Source: Candidatus Micrarchaeota archaeon (GTDB lineage Archaea; Micrarchaeota; Micrarchaeia; Anstonellales; Bilamarchaeaceae). From it: a stretch of DNA of 64,000 nucleotides. The stretch's first letter is position 1. Each line of letters opens with the position of its first letter. Shown one piece after another: positions 9,223-18,199 of the stretch. The stretch covers positions 91-64,090 of the forward strand of contig JAQBFN010000012.1 of NCBI GenBank assembly GCA_032123335.1, given 5' to 3'. Below the pieces are notes generated by a model. The model did no database searches, was not told the origin of the DNA, and saw only the letters and a program-made list of their open reading frames with translations. The translations under genes and the position numbers were made by a program.

Positions 9223-10044
9223 ATGGATTATAAATTCCGGACTGATTCCATCCATTCTGAAGTTGAGCTTATTGCCCGAGAGATTGATGTGCAGAACTTT
9301 GGAATGCGGGCAAAGAACTCCAGGCTGCTTGTGTGGTTTGTGCGGGAATACCCGAATGCAGAAACCTGGAGGGTGGTGCCTCAGGCTAAAAAGCATCTCC
9401 TGGATGAAGAGAACATCAGGTTTGTGCGGGAGAACTGCGTTGAAGCGCTTGGGGAAATCGGGGTGCATCTCCGGGACGAAAAGAGGGTGCTTGAAGTTGC
9501 TGGCATCCTTTTGAACAGCCTTGGAACCTCCATTGAGCTAAACTCCATCTACGCTATAGGGAATATTGCACGGGAACAGGGAAAGAAGAACCTGGACTCT
9601 GTTGCATCATGCCTGGTGAAAAGGCTCCTGGATTCGGGCGGCTTCGATTCCAAGCTGCCGGAAGAGATACTGGTCGCCCTGGGGGAGATAAAGCCCAACA
9701 ACATAAGTTTCCTTGAGGATTTGCGGGAGCTCCGGGAGTGCGTTGTGCACTGGAAAAAGAGGGACCACGCTGCCCGCTGGGACAATTCCCTTAGGCGGCT
9801 TGGGCAGCTTGAAAAAAAATGGAAGGATGCGCTGGTTATGAAGGGGATTTTGCCTGAAGAGAGGAAAGTCGGGTTCTCCGGGCCGGTTGCCCCGTGGGAT
9901 TGTGCAACCCAAAAAACGCAGGGCTGTTCTTCCGTAAGGGGCGTTCCGGTTTTGCGGAAGTATTACACAAAAATATACTTATCCAAACATTTAAATAATA
10001 TAAATGCCATTAATATGCCCCATGGTCACGGAAGCCAAGATTAA
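9223..10044 (+). CDS. HEAT-like repeat protein
   Basis: 273 aa with VRENCVEALGEIGVHLRDEKRVLEVAGILL and EEILVALGEIK units. The last ~50 codons run across the AT-rich putative promoter of the next gene and look non-protein-like. Confidence 0.5.
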   Translation: MDYKFRTDSIHSEVELIAREIDVQNFGMRAKNSRLLVWFVREYPNAETWRVVPQAKKHLLDEENIRFVRENCVEALGEIGVHLRDEKRVLEVAGILLNSLGTSIELNSIYAIGNIAREQGKKNLDSVASCLVKRLLDSGGFDSKLPEEILVALGEIKPNNISFLEDLRELRECVVHWKKRDHAARWDNSLRRLGQLEKKWKDALVMKGILPEERKVGFSGPVAPWDCATQKTQGCSSVRGVPVLRKYYTKIYLSKHLNNINAINMPHGHGSQD

Positions 10045-11551
10045 GAGGTATGAGCTCAAGAAAAAATACCCGGGAATCAATCCAACTCTGGCAGACCGTG
10101 TCCTGACCAGCATAGGAGGGATGGGGGAAAGCGGAATCGTGCAGGTGGGGAAAAATTTTCAGGATTATGTGGGGTTCAGGCTTCTTCTCAATGCATATTT
10201 GTTAAGGCGGAACAGCAAAGACGAACTTGCAGAATTTGCCCTAGAAACAGCGAAAAGGATGGTGCCTTCGTTATTTGGGAAAGAAAAGAAGCTGGCGGAA
10301 AAAGACCTTCTGGAGGTAGCTCCGGGGAAGCACAGGGAAACGAAGCGCTCAGAAAAGGAAACCACAGCATCCCCTGTAGAGGAGGTTCCGGCAAAAACCC
10401 CTGCATTCTGGAGCATGGTAGAGAATTACGGCAAAATGAGAGGGGCAAATGAAAAGGAAGCCTACAGCATACTCCGGAGAGCAGTCCTTCTGCTGAACAA
10501 GATGGAGAACAACGAAGCGCAAAGAAAGATATCTGAAATCGAGGGCAGGATCCAGCCGGGAAGCGCAGCGCTGGTTTTGCTGGAGATAATTGAAAGGGAT
10601 GAACGCCCTGAAGTAGCCAATAAGGCAAGGGCGCATTTTGTATATTGCATCCAAAACATAGACCCAAAATCGGTTGGGATTATAGCTGATTTAAAGGACG
10701 TATTGGAAGAGGCTCCGGCACTGGAAGCCCTTAAGCTCTTGGTGACCCGGGGAAAAGAAGCAGCACAAATCAGGATAATTGAATGCTATCCTTCCATAGG
10801 GGTGAATTACGCGCTTTCCGCCCTGGATTGCAAACAAGAGCATGCAAGGGCAAGGATTGAAATCATAAAAGACATTGTCAGCGAGGCAGGGGCATACCAG
10901 GCAATCCCCCGGCTCATGGCCCAGCTTAACCTTGAGGGCAGGGAGGCTGCTAACCTGAACCTGGCAACTGCAGTGATTGAAGCGCTCAACGAATGCGACT
11001 ATGCTGTGCTCGAAGGGGTGATTGAAGGACTAGGGTTGATGGCAACTGAACGTGCGGTCGGGCTTCTGGAGTTTATTGCAGAGCAGGGGCAGGCGAAGCC
11101 GCACGTGCAGGAAGCAGCGGTAAGGGCGCTGAGGCTAACCGGGCAGAGTTCCGCGTTGGACGTAGCGGAGAGGTTCCTGGAGAACGAAGAAACCGGAGTG
11201 AGGGCAGCTGCCTACCATGCACTGGGGGAACTGGCTTTCCTGAACGAGCCTCTCGTAGAAGAACTTTTTTGCATGGGGGCGGAAAACAATGAGGAAGAAC
11301 CGAGAATCCGAATGGAGCTCATACGGTGGCTGGAGAAAAATGGGGAAAACATAGGCCTGACAGCGCTGCAAAGGATAATGAGCCGGGAAGGAACCGAAGA
11401 CCGATTAGGGGCGGCGGCTGCAAATGCAGTTGAAACCCTGAGCGAAAAGAGCAGCAGAAGGTCACTCCCTGTGCTTTCTATTTCAGATAGACGCCCTTCA
11501 GTAAGGATTCCTCCCATGAAGAAAATCAGCCACGGCCCGGGAAGAGGCTGA
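10022..11551 (+). CDS. HEAT-repeat protein (about 509 aa)
   Basis: Contains AVGLLEFIAEQGQAKPHVQEAAVRALRLTG and NEETGVRAAAYHALGELAF. The ATG at 10022 is in frame with the ORF-track start at 10004. Confidence 0.65.
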   Translation: MVTEAKIKRYELKKKYPGINPTLADRVLTSIGGMGESGIVQVGKNFQDYVGFRLLLNAYLLRRNSKDELAEFALETAKRMVPSLFGKEKKLAEKDLLEVAPGKHRETKRSEKETTASPVEEVPAKTPAFWSMVENYGKMRGANEKEAYSILRRAVLLLNKMENNEAQRKISEIEGRIQPGSAALVLLEIIERDERPEVANKARAHFVYCIQNIDPKSVGIIADLKDVLEEAPALEALKLLVTRGKEAAQIRIIECYPSIGVNYALSALDCKQEHARARIEIIKDIVSEAGAYQAIPRLMAQLNLEGREAANLNLATAVIEALNECDYAVLEGVIEGLGLMATERAVGLLEFIAEQGQAKPHVQEAAVRALRLTGQSSALDVAERFLENEETGVRAAAYHALGELAFLNEPLVEELFCMGAENNEEEPRIRMELIRWLEKNGENIGLTALQRIMSREGTEDRLGAAAANAVETLSEKSSRRSLPVLSISDRRPSVRIPPMKKISHGPGRG

Positions 11552-11561
11552 ATTTAGAGAA

Positions 11562-11572
11562 CATAAATAAAG
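11562..11572 (+). promoter_or_regulatory. TATA-box-like element (cataaataaag) about 27 nt upstream of the dcd ATG
   Basis: Read directly; spacing argument as for the other boxes. Confidence 0.4.
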
Positions 11573-11593
11573 TTTCTTGTGCTAGTTTTGAAT

Positions 11594-12109
11594 ATGTTCT
11601 TTTCGGATGTTGACATAAAGAAGGCGATAAAGAAGGGGGAAGTAAAGATTAAACCGGTTAAGCCTGACCAGATTGGGCCGGGTAGCGTGGACCTGACTCT
11701 GGGGGATACGTTCTGGTTCTTTAAGGAGAAATACCTGGGGGCAAGGGTGGATTTAAGCAAGGTTGATTTTAATGAGGCTACAAAGAAGCTGAAGGCGGAT
11801 ACTGTGGTGCTTGCGCCCGGGGAGATGTGCCTTGGGATAAGTGAGGAGAAGATTACGCTTGCACCGGATATTGTGGGGAGGCTGGAGGGGAGGAGCAGGT
11901 ATGCAAGGATGGGCCTCGCGGTGCACATTACTTCTGCGGTGGTGCAGCCAGGGAGCTCGAACCACCAGGTTTTTGAGATATTCAATAGTGCTCCGTTTAC
12001 AGTTGTGTTGCATAAGGGAATGAGGATAAGCCAGGTTGTTTTTGCGCGCACGGAGAGCCCCACTTCCAAGCCTTATGCAAAACATGGGAAGATTGCAAGA
12101 AGGCAATAG
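11594..12109 (+). CDS. dcd: dCTP deaminase / dUTPase-family enzyme
   Basis: Contains IGPGSVDLTLGD, LEGRSRYARMGL and SAVVQPGSSNHQVFEIFN. Length about 171 aa from the ATG at 11594. Confidence 0.85.
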   Translation: MFFSDVDIKKAIKKGEVKIKPVKPDQIGPGSVDLTLGDTFWFFKEKYLGARVDLSKVDFNEATKKLKADTVVLAPGEMCLGISEEKITLAPDIVGRLEGRSRYARMGLAVHITSAVVQPGSSNHQVFEIFNSAPFTVVLHKGMRISQVVFARTESPTSKPYAKHGKIARRQ

Positions 12110-12137
12110 TGAATACACGCATAACCACCAATAGAAA

Positions 12138-12149
12138 CATTTAAATATT
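12138..12149 (+). promoter_or_regulatory. TATA-box-like element (catttaaatatt) about 27 nt upstream of the ATG at 12170
   Basis: Read directly. Confidence 0.4.
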
Positions 12150-12169
12150 CTTGGCATCTTAATTATACT

Positions 12170-13150
12170 ATGAGTTGGTTGTTCGGAAAGAAGGGTAAGT
12201 CAGCTGGCACGTATTCCCAGGTCAGTAGCAGCAATGGAAAACCCACCAACGGATTTAGGAAAACAGATGATATTCCCAAGATGATAATTGAGGGCCTGAA
12301 CAGCCAGAATGAAGGAACTGTTCTTATGAGAATCGGAAATCTGGGGGGCAAGAATGATTATCCAAAAACTGATGTCTGCGAGCACCTTATCCGCCTTATT
12401 CAGAGAGATGGGAGGGATGATGTTGTAAAGGCAGCATCAGAAGCGCTTGTGAATGTGCTCAAAAATATGAGGAATACTGATACTGTAATTCTATTAATTA
12501 AGCAGGGGCTTTTTGCAAAGAATGATAAGAATGCAGAATTTTTTGTAAATTTGCTTGATGAGCCCGGGTGCAGCCTACTGCTGAAGAAATGTGCTGTGGA
12601 GATGCTGGCAGGATTCACAGAGAACGATATAAGTTCAGAAACCATGGACAAGATGGAAGCTGGATTATTTGAAGCTTATGAGGATCCTAAGGCACCAGAT
12701 GAGGTGAAGAATCTAATAACCTACAGATTCGGGCCAAACAGGGATGGGAGGCCCAAAGTTATATTAGGGGAAGAGAGGGGGGATGAGACTGTGGCGATGG
12801 AACCGGAGAAGATCCATGAAAGGGAAACTGAGGCGCTTGATGTGTTTAGTGGATGGTTAGGAATGCTGCAGGACCCTGATGAGAGAAAAAGGGAGGTTGC
12901 AGCAAAGAGCCTGGTTTCAATGATAGGACAGAGTAGAGACAGGAAGAAAATTGAAAGAGTTATAGAAGCACTCCGTAAAGGAGGGTCAGAATTCTTTTCA
13001 CAGTTCAGGAAAGCGAGGGACATTCTGCATAATCTGGGACCTGAGTCAGATAAAATATACAAGCTGAGCACGCTGCCTCCGGGGCCGAATGGGCCGAAAA
13101 GGGACAGCCGGGAGCCCACCGGGAAGGTAAATACACCCAGGAAGAGATAG
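12170..13150 (+). CDS. HEAT/ARM-like repeat protein, function unknown
   Basis: 326 aa and helical (DVVKAASEALVNVLKNM; REVAAKSLVSMIG). It has a Pro/Gly/Arg-rich C-terminal tail. Confidence 0.5.
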   Translation: MSWLFGKKGKSAGTYSQVSSSNGKPTNGFRKTDDIPKMIIEGLNSQNEGTVLMRIGNLGGKNDYPKTDVCEHLIRLIQRDGRDDVVKAASEALVNVLKNMRNTDTVILLIKQGLFAKNDKNAEFFVNLLDEPGCSLLLKKCAVEMLAGFTENDISSETMDKMEAGLFEAYEDPKAPDEVKNLITYRFGPNRDGRPKVILGEERGDETVAMEPEKIHERETEALDVFSGWLGMLQDPDERKREVAAKSLVSMIGQSRDRKKIERVIEALRKGGSEFFSQFRKARDILHNLGPESDKIYKLSTLPPGPNGPKRDSREPTGKVNTPRKR

Positions 13151-13242
13151 TTCTTAATTCTGGAATACTTCGATTTTTGCCGAACTTATTCGGACAAGTG
13201 TTTTAATCCTTAGGGCACAAATCCATGCGACAAGGTGTACTG

Positions 13243-13779
13243 ATGCTAGAGATTAGATTGCATGGAAGAGGCGGCCAGGGAGCGGTAACCGGAGGGGAAC
13301 TGCTTGCAAAGGCTGCTGGATTGGAAGGAAAATGGTCACAGTGCTTCCCTAAATTTGGAGTGGAAAGAAGGGGAGCACCGGTGCAGAGCTACTGCAGGAT
13401 TGCGGATGAGAGAATCAAGATCCACCAGGAATTGTATGAGCCGGATGCAGTTATTGTGCTGGATTCGAGCCTGATGGACTCCGTGGATGTGGCTGCGGGA
13501 TTGAAAGAAGGCGGGACGATTGTGCTTAATTCTAAACTTCCCCCGGGAGATGTGTGCCTGAAGGGGAACTGCAATATACACACTGTGGATGCAACAACGA
13601 TTGCAATGGAGAAGCTCGGGAGGCCGATTGTGAACACTGCAATGCTTGGGGCATTTGTAAAGGTTAATGGGGTGGTTAAGCTTGAGAGCCTTATTCACGA
13701 GGTGGAAGAGCACTTCGGGGAGAAGCTTGGGGCGAAGAATGTGGAAGCCGTGAAGGCGTGCTACGAGGCGGTGAAATAG
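13243..13779 (+). CDS. porG: 2-oxoacid (pyruvate-type):ferredoxin oxidoreductase, gamma subunit
   Basis: MLEIRLHGRGGQGAVTGGELLAKAA...FGVERRGAP. It is first in the gamma-delta-alpha-beta order. Confidence 0.85.
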   Translation: MLEIRLHGRGGQGAVTGGELLAKAAGLEGKWSQCFPKFGVERRGAPVQSYCRIADERIKIHQELYEPDAVIVLDSSLMDSVDVAAGLKEGGTIVLNSKLPPGDVCLKGNCNIHTVDATTIAMEKLGRPIVNTAMLGAFVKVNGVVKLESLIHEVEEHFGEKLGAKNVEAVKACYEAVK

Positions 13780-14028
13780 ATGAAGCCTGCAAATGGAAAA
13801 GCTGGAACAAGCATGGAGAACAAAACGGGAAACTGGAGGAGCGAAAGGCCGGTTGTGGACCAGAGCAAGTGCATCAAGTGCGGGCAGTGCACATTGAATT
13901 GCCCGGATGGGTGCATATTCCAGACTCCTGAGGGAGCGGAGCCAAACTACGATTACTGCAAGGGATGCGGAATTTGCGCAAACGTGTGCCCGGTAAAATG
14001 CATCAAGATGGTACTGGAGGAGAAGTGA
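13780..14028 (+). CDS. porD: 2-oxoacid:ferredoxin oxidoreductase, delta (2x[4Fe-4S] ferredoxin) subunit
   Basis: Two CxxCxxCxxxCP motifs: CIKCGQCTLNCP and CKGCGICANVCP. Confidence 0.85.
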   Translation: MKPANGKAGTSMENKTGNWRSERPVVDQSKCIKCGQCTLNCPDGCIFQTPEGAEPNYDYCKGCGICANVCPVKCIKMVLEEK

Positions 14029-14033
14029 TTATT

Positions 14034-15170
14034 ATGAAGAAAACTATTGAAGGGAGCATTGCGGTTGCGGAAGTTGCAAGGGACTGTGAGCCTGATGTTG
14101 TTGCGTGCTTCCCGATTACGCCTTCCACGCATATTGCGGAAAAGCTGGACAAGATGTATACGGATGGGGAACTGAAAAGCTATACTGCAGTGGAAAGCGA
14201 GTTCTCCGCGATTTCTATGCTGGTGGGGGCTAGTGCTGCTGGTGCGCGAGCATTTACCACTACGGATTCGCAGGGGCTTGCGCTCATGCACGAAGTGCTT
14301 TTTGCGGCTGCAGGGATGAGGCTTCCCATGGTTATTGTAAATGCAAACAGGTCGCTTAGTGCGCCCCTGAGCATCTGGAACGACCACCAGGATTCAGTAA
14401 GTGAAAGGGATTCGGGGTGGATTCAGATTTACTGCAAGAACAACCAGGAGGCGGCGGATGCGGTTCCGCAGGCGTTCAAGATTTCAGAGGATACGAACAT
14501 TCCGGTGATGGTTTGCTTTGACGGGTTTTATCTTACCCACCTGGTGGAGCAGATAGATGTTCCGGAGAAGGAAATGATACAGAAATACCTGCCAAAGAGA
14601 ACTGCGGAGTGGAAGCTGGACACTGAGAAGCCGGTTACCATGGGGATGTATGCATTGCCTACGCATTACCAGGGATTCAGGATGGATTTGCATAATGATG
14701 TGCTCAAGGCTGCAGAGAATGTGAAGAAGGAAATGGAAGCCTGGGGCGAGATTTCCGGAAGGAGATATGGGAACGGGCTCTGGGAAGAGTACGAAGCGGA
14801 GGATGCGGAATACCTGTTTGTGGGTTTGGGAAGCATTATGGAAAATGCAGAGCTTGCGGTTGAGAAAATGCGCAAGGAAGGGAAGAAGGTTGGGCTTGTA
14901 AGGATTCGGTGTTATCGCCCATTCCCGAAGGGTGTTGTGGAAGCATTCAGGGGAAAGAAGGGAGTGCTTGTGTTTGAGAAAGCGGTGAGCATGGGGGCGG
15001 ATGCGCCCCTGTACGCTGAGCTTTCCTCAATGATGAAAGAGAAAGGAGTAGATGCTCCTGTTTCTTCATATATTGGAGGGCTTGGAGGAAAAGACGTTAC
15101 GGTTGCGCACATCGAGAAGATGTTCGGGGAGATAGAGAATGGCCCTGTGAAGAAAGTGTGGGGTGACTGA
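14034..15170 (+). CDS. porA: 2-oxoacid:ferredoxin oxidoreductase, alpha subunit
   Basis: MKKTIEGSIAVAEVARDCEPDVVACFPITPSTHI. Start is the ATG at 14034, within ORF 13965..15170. Confidence 0.9.
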   Translation: MKKTIEGSIAVAEVARDCEPDVVACFPITPSTHIAEKLDKMYTDGELKSYTAVESEFSAISMLVGASAAGARAFTTTDSQGLALMHEVLFAAAGMRLPMVIVNANRSLSAPLSIWNDHQDSVSERDSGWIQIYCKNNQEAADAVPQAFKISEDTNIPVMVCFDGFYLTHLVEQIDVPEKEMIQKYLPKRTAEWKLDTEKPVTMGMYALPTHYQGFRMDLHNDVLKAAENVKKEMEAWGEISGRRYGNGLWEEYEAEDAEYLFVGLGSIMENAELAVEKMRKEGKKVGLVRIRCYRPFPKGVVEAFRGKKGVLVFEKAVSMGADAPLYAELSSMMKEKGVDAPVSSYIGGLGGKDVTVAHIEKMFGEIENGPVKKVWGD

Positions 15171-16086
15171 AATGAAGCCAGAACTTGAAAATAAAGAACT
15201 GTTCAAGAGCGGGCACACTGCATGCGCAGGATGCGGGGTAACAATAGCGTTCAGGCACATCATGAAGGCGCTTGGGAAAGATACTATTATTGTGAATGCA
15301 ACCGGATGCAGCGAGATATTTTCAAGCGCATACCCCAAGAGCGCATGGGAGGTTCCGTACATCCACTGTGTATTCGAGAATTCTGCGCCTGTTGCTGCAG
15401 GAGTTTCGGAAGCGCTGCGGGCAATGGGGAACGACCATACAAAGGTAGTGGTGATTGCAGGGGACGGGGCGACCTACGATATTGGATTCGGGCACATGAG
15501 CGGGATGATGGAGAGGGGCCATGATGTGATGTACATCTGCTATGATAACGAAGCGTACATGAATACGGGTGTGCAGAGGAGCGGGGCAACTCCCTGGAAA
15601 GCGAGAACCACTACTTCACAAGTGGGAAGCAAGATACAGGGAAAGATGGAGTTCAAGAAGCCGCTTACAGAAATTGTGGCTGCACATAATATCCCCTATG
15701 TGGCTACTTCAACGAGTGCGCACTATGCGGATTTGCAGCAGAAGGTGCAGAAAGCGAAGGCGATTCGCGGGCCCACTTTCCTGAATGTGCTTACTACGTG
15801 TGTTCCGGGGTGGGGAACAGATCCGTCCCTGAGCATCCAGTACCTGAAGGATGCGGTGGATACACACGTATGGCCTCTGATGGAGATAGAGCATGGGTTC
15901 ATGAAGCTGAATACGAAGCCGGAAAAGAAGCCTGTGGAAACCTACCTGAAAGGCCAGAAGAGGTTCAGGCACCTGAAGGAAGAGGATGTTAAGGAAATCC
16001 AGAAGATGCTTGATGAAAGGTGGGAACACTGGGTCTGGAAGGAGAAAGTTGACCAGGAAAGGAAGGCAGAGTTAGGGAAGAGATAG
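15163..16086 (+). CDS. porB: 2-oxoacid:ferredoxin oxidoreductase, beta (TPP-binding) subunit
   Basis: Contains GHTACAGCG and IAGDGATYDIGFG, which are TPP/Fe-S motifs. Confidence 0.9.
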   Translation: MTEMKPELENKELFKSGHTACAGCGVTIAFRHIMKALGKDTIIVNATGCSEIFSSAYPKSAWEVPYIHCVFENSAPVAAGVSEALRAMGNDHTKVVVIAGDGATYDIGFGHMSGMMERGHDVMYICYDNEAYMNTGVQRSGATPWKARTTTSQVGSKIQGKMEFKKPLTEIVAAHNIPYVATSTSAHYADLQQKVQKAKAIRGPTFLNVLTTCVPGWGTDPSLSIQYLKDAVDTHVWPLMEIEHGFMKLNTKPEKKPVETYLKGQKRFRHLKEEDVKEIQKMLDERWEHWVWKEKVDQERKAELGKR

Positions 16087-16089
16087 TAT

Positions 16090-17832
16090 TCAGAATAATA
16101 CTATTTCCTTTATTTTTTCCAGCAATTTTTGTTCTTTTTCCGAGAGGGAATTTTGTTTTTCCTCCCAGGTAAAGATTTGCTTTTTGTGCATTGAAACATA
16201 GAGGGTATCGTTTTCGTGCACATCCTTGTTGAGGGTGATTTCCGGGGAAGAGATTGCGACCTTGGCCATTTCCCCTGCTTCAGCTATGGCCTTTCCTTCG
16301 GACTGGATGTTTTTTACTTCTCCGAGAACATCCCCGTTTTCGTTCATTATGGAAGAGCCTTTGCGAAGGCGGCCTGCAAGGATTTCAACACCAAATACTG
16401 CGGGCTTGCTCATGTGGAAGAAAAAGCCAGGGAGGACCTTGAGCTTTGCGGGCCAGGGAAGCTCGGTTTCCAGCTCTTTTTTCTCGCGTTCCTTTTCTTC
16501 CTTTTTCCATTCCTGGTAATCCTCAACAAGCTTGTAGATTACGTTGCTCCAGAAAAGAGGGACATTTGACTTGTGGGATTCCTGGCGCGCTTCACCAAAT
16601 ACCTTTACACCGAATCCGAAGATTACTCCTTTGTATCGGTCACGTTCGGAAACCGCATGCGCGGAAAGGATGTCTTTTTTTGTAATGGGGCCGATTCCTG
16701 CGTGCTTTACGGGAATATTGTTTTTCTCGAAAAGGTAGAGTATTGCTTCCACGCTTCCCAAAGAATCCGCCTTGACTATTACGCCGTCTTCATCTGAATC
16801 TATGAGCACGTTCTTGAGGTGCTTTTCCATCTCTTCGCGCTGCTGCTCAAAGTTGGAAACCTCAGTGAAGGGGGAGCCGGGAATTGTTCCTTCGAGGCCG
16901 GGGGCGACTATTTTTACCCCGGCTGCTGCAATAACTTTGTCTAGATTGATGTATTTTTCCTGGGGATTTTTGGGGGAGAGATTTAGCTCGAGAAGGGCGC
17001 GCACCTTGGTTTTCTTTACTCCGTTCTGGGTGATGTATGCGATTTCCTCCCCGCGCTCGAGGGTTCCATCATAGAGAATCACGTCAAGGGTTGTGCCCAT
17101 GCCTTTTTCCTCCTTTACTTCTACTATAGAGCCCTTGGCAATTCCCCCGGAAATATGTAAACGCTTTTCAAGGTATTTTTGGCTCATTCCTGAAATGAGG
17201 AGGAGAAGCTCTGCAAGGCCTTCCCCGCTTTTTGCGCTTATCGGGACTATTGCGATTTGCTTTGTGAAATCCTGCATGCGGTCGAAGCGCTCGCAGTCAA
17301 ACCCGTGCTCGGAAAGCTGGCCCATCATCTTGTACACCTTTTCATCCATGAGGCTCTGCACATGCTCAGGCTGCATCTTGAAGGATTCCAGGAAGGAGTT
17401 GGTGGGCTGCTTTTTCCAGCCGTGGATTATGTCCAGCTTGTTTGCGGCAACTATGAAGGGAGTTTTGCATTGCTTGAGGATTTTGATGCTTTCAAGGGTC
17501 TGGGGCTGGAAGCCCTGGGTGATGTCAACTACGAGAACTGCAATGTCGGCTAGGGCGCCCCCTCGCTCACGCAGGTTTGTAAACGCTTCATGGCCAGGGG
17601 TATCGATGAACAGGAGACCTGGGATTATGAGCTCGGTTTTCATGATGTGCCTTACAGGGGCTGAAATTTTTTCTATTGCAGACGTGGGAAGATAGCTTGC
17701 CCCAATCATCTGGGTAATCTTGCCGGCTTCTCTGGAAGCGACGGCGCTGCCCCTGACGCGGTCGAGAAGAGTAGTCTTTCCGTGGTCGACATGCCCAAGC
17801 ACACATACTATGGGCGAGCGTATGAGGGCCAT
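16090..17832 (-). CDS. infB: Translation initiation factor aIF5B (IF-2 family GTPase)
   Basis: Contains IRSPIVCVLGHVDHGKTTLLD, DTPGHEAF and NKLD. The ATG at 17832 (MALIR) is preferred over the TTG at 17850. A TATA-like gtttaaaaatat at 17855-17866 lies about 28 nt upstream. Confidence 0.9.
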   Translation of the reverse strand: MALIRSPIVCVLGHVDHGKTTLLDRVRGSAVASREAGKITQMIGASYLPTSAIEKISAPVRHIMKTELIIPGLLFIDTPGHEAFTNLRERGGALADIAVLVVDITQGFQPQTLESIKILKQCKTPFIVAANKLDIIHGWKKQPTNSFLESFKMQPEHVQSLMDEKVYKMMGQLSEHGFDCERFDRMQDFTKQIAIVPISAKSGEGLAELLLLISGMSQKYLEKRLHISGGIAKGSIVEVKEEKGMGTTLDVILYDGTLERGEEIAYITQNGVKKTKVRALLELNLSPKNPQEKYINLDKVIAAAGVKIVAPGLEGTIPGSPFTEVSNFEQQREEMEKHLKNVLIDSDEDGVIVKADSLGSVEAILYLFEKNNIPVKHAGIGPITKKDILSAHAVSERDRYKGVIFGFGVKVFGEARQESHKSNVPLFWSNVIYKLVEDYQEWKKEEKEREKKELETELPWPAKLKVLPGFFFHMSKPAVFGVEILAGRLRKGSSIMNENGDVLGEVKNIQSEGKAIAEAGEMAKVAISSPEITLNKDVHENDTLYVSMHKKQIFTWEEKQNSLSEKEQKLLEKIKEIVLF

Positions 17833-17963
17833 GGGGAAAAATATGTTCAAACTGGTTTAAAAATATCTCAGTGTGGAGGAAAATGAGAGAACGATGGATG
17901 AAAGAGGAATATAGGAGGGAGGCCTTTCGGCCTGCCCCTCCGTTTGGCACTGCTTATTTTGGT

Positions 17964-18098
17964 TCACATGAGAGAACGGGGCCTCCTCCACTTCATAAAC
18001 TTGTGGTCAGGGTCCCCATATGTTTTTTCTGAATAATTTTTCTTTTCGTAAGTTCCGAGTTTCTCGGAAACTTTCTTAGCCAGTTTTTCGGCATCCAT
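17964..18098 (-). CDS. Possible 44-aa small protein
   Basis: My own translation gives MDAEKLAKKVSEKLGTYEKKNYSEKTYGDPDHKFMKWRRPRSLM*. It is below the ORF-track cutoff. It starts about 35 nt from the palindromic TATA element at 18129-18142. I recognise no homology. Confidence 0.2.
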   Translation of the reverse strand: MDAEKLAKKVSEKLGTYEKKNYSEKTYGDPDHKFMKWRRPRSLM

Positions 18099-18128
18099 AC
18101 TACCACCCTAACCATGTTCAATTTTTGG

Positions 18129-18142
18129 AGTATTTAAATACT
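18129..18142. promoter_or_regulatory. Perfect 14-nt palindromic TATA-like element (agtatttaaatact)
   Basis: The self-complementarity is read directly from the sequence. It sits between the divergent trmB-like gene and the small minus-strand ORF. Confidence 0.35.
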
Positions 18143-18199
18143 TGCTGTCCTGTGGAGGAGGACACCCCTTTAATAAAATTACTAATCAGAGTGTATATT

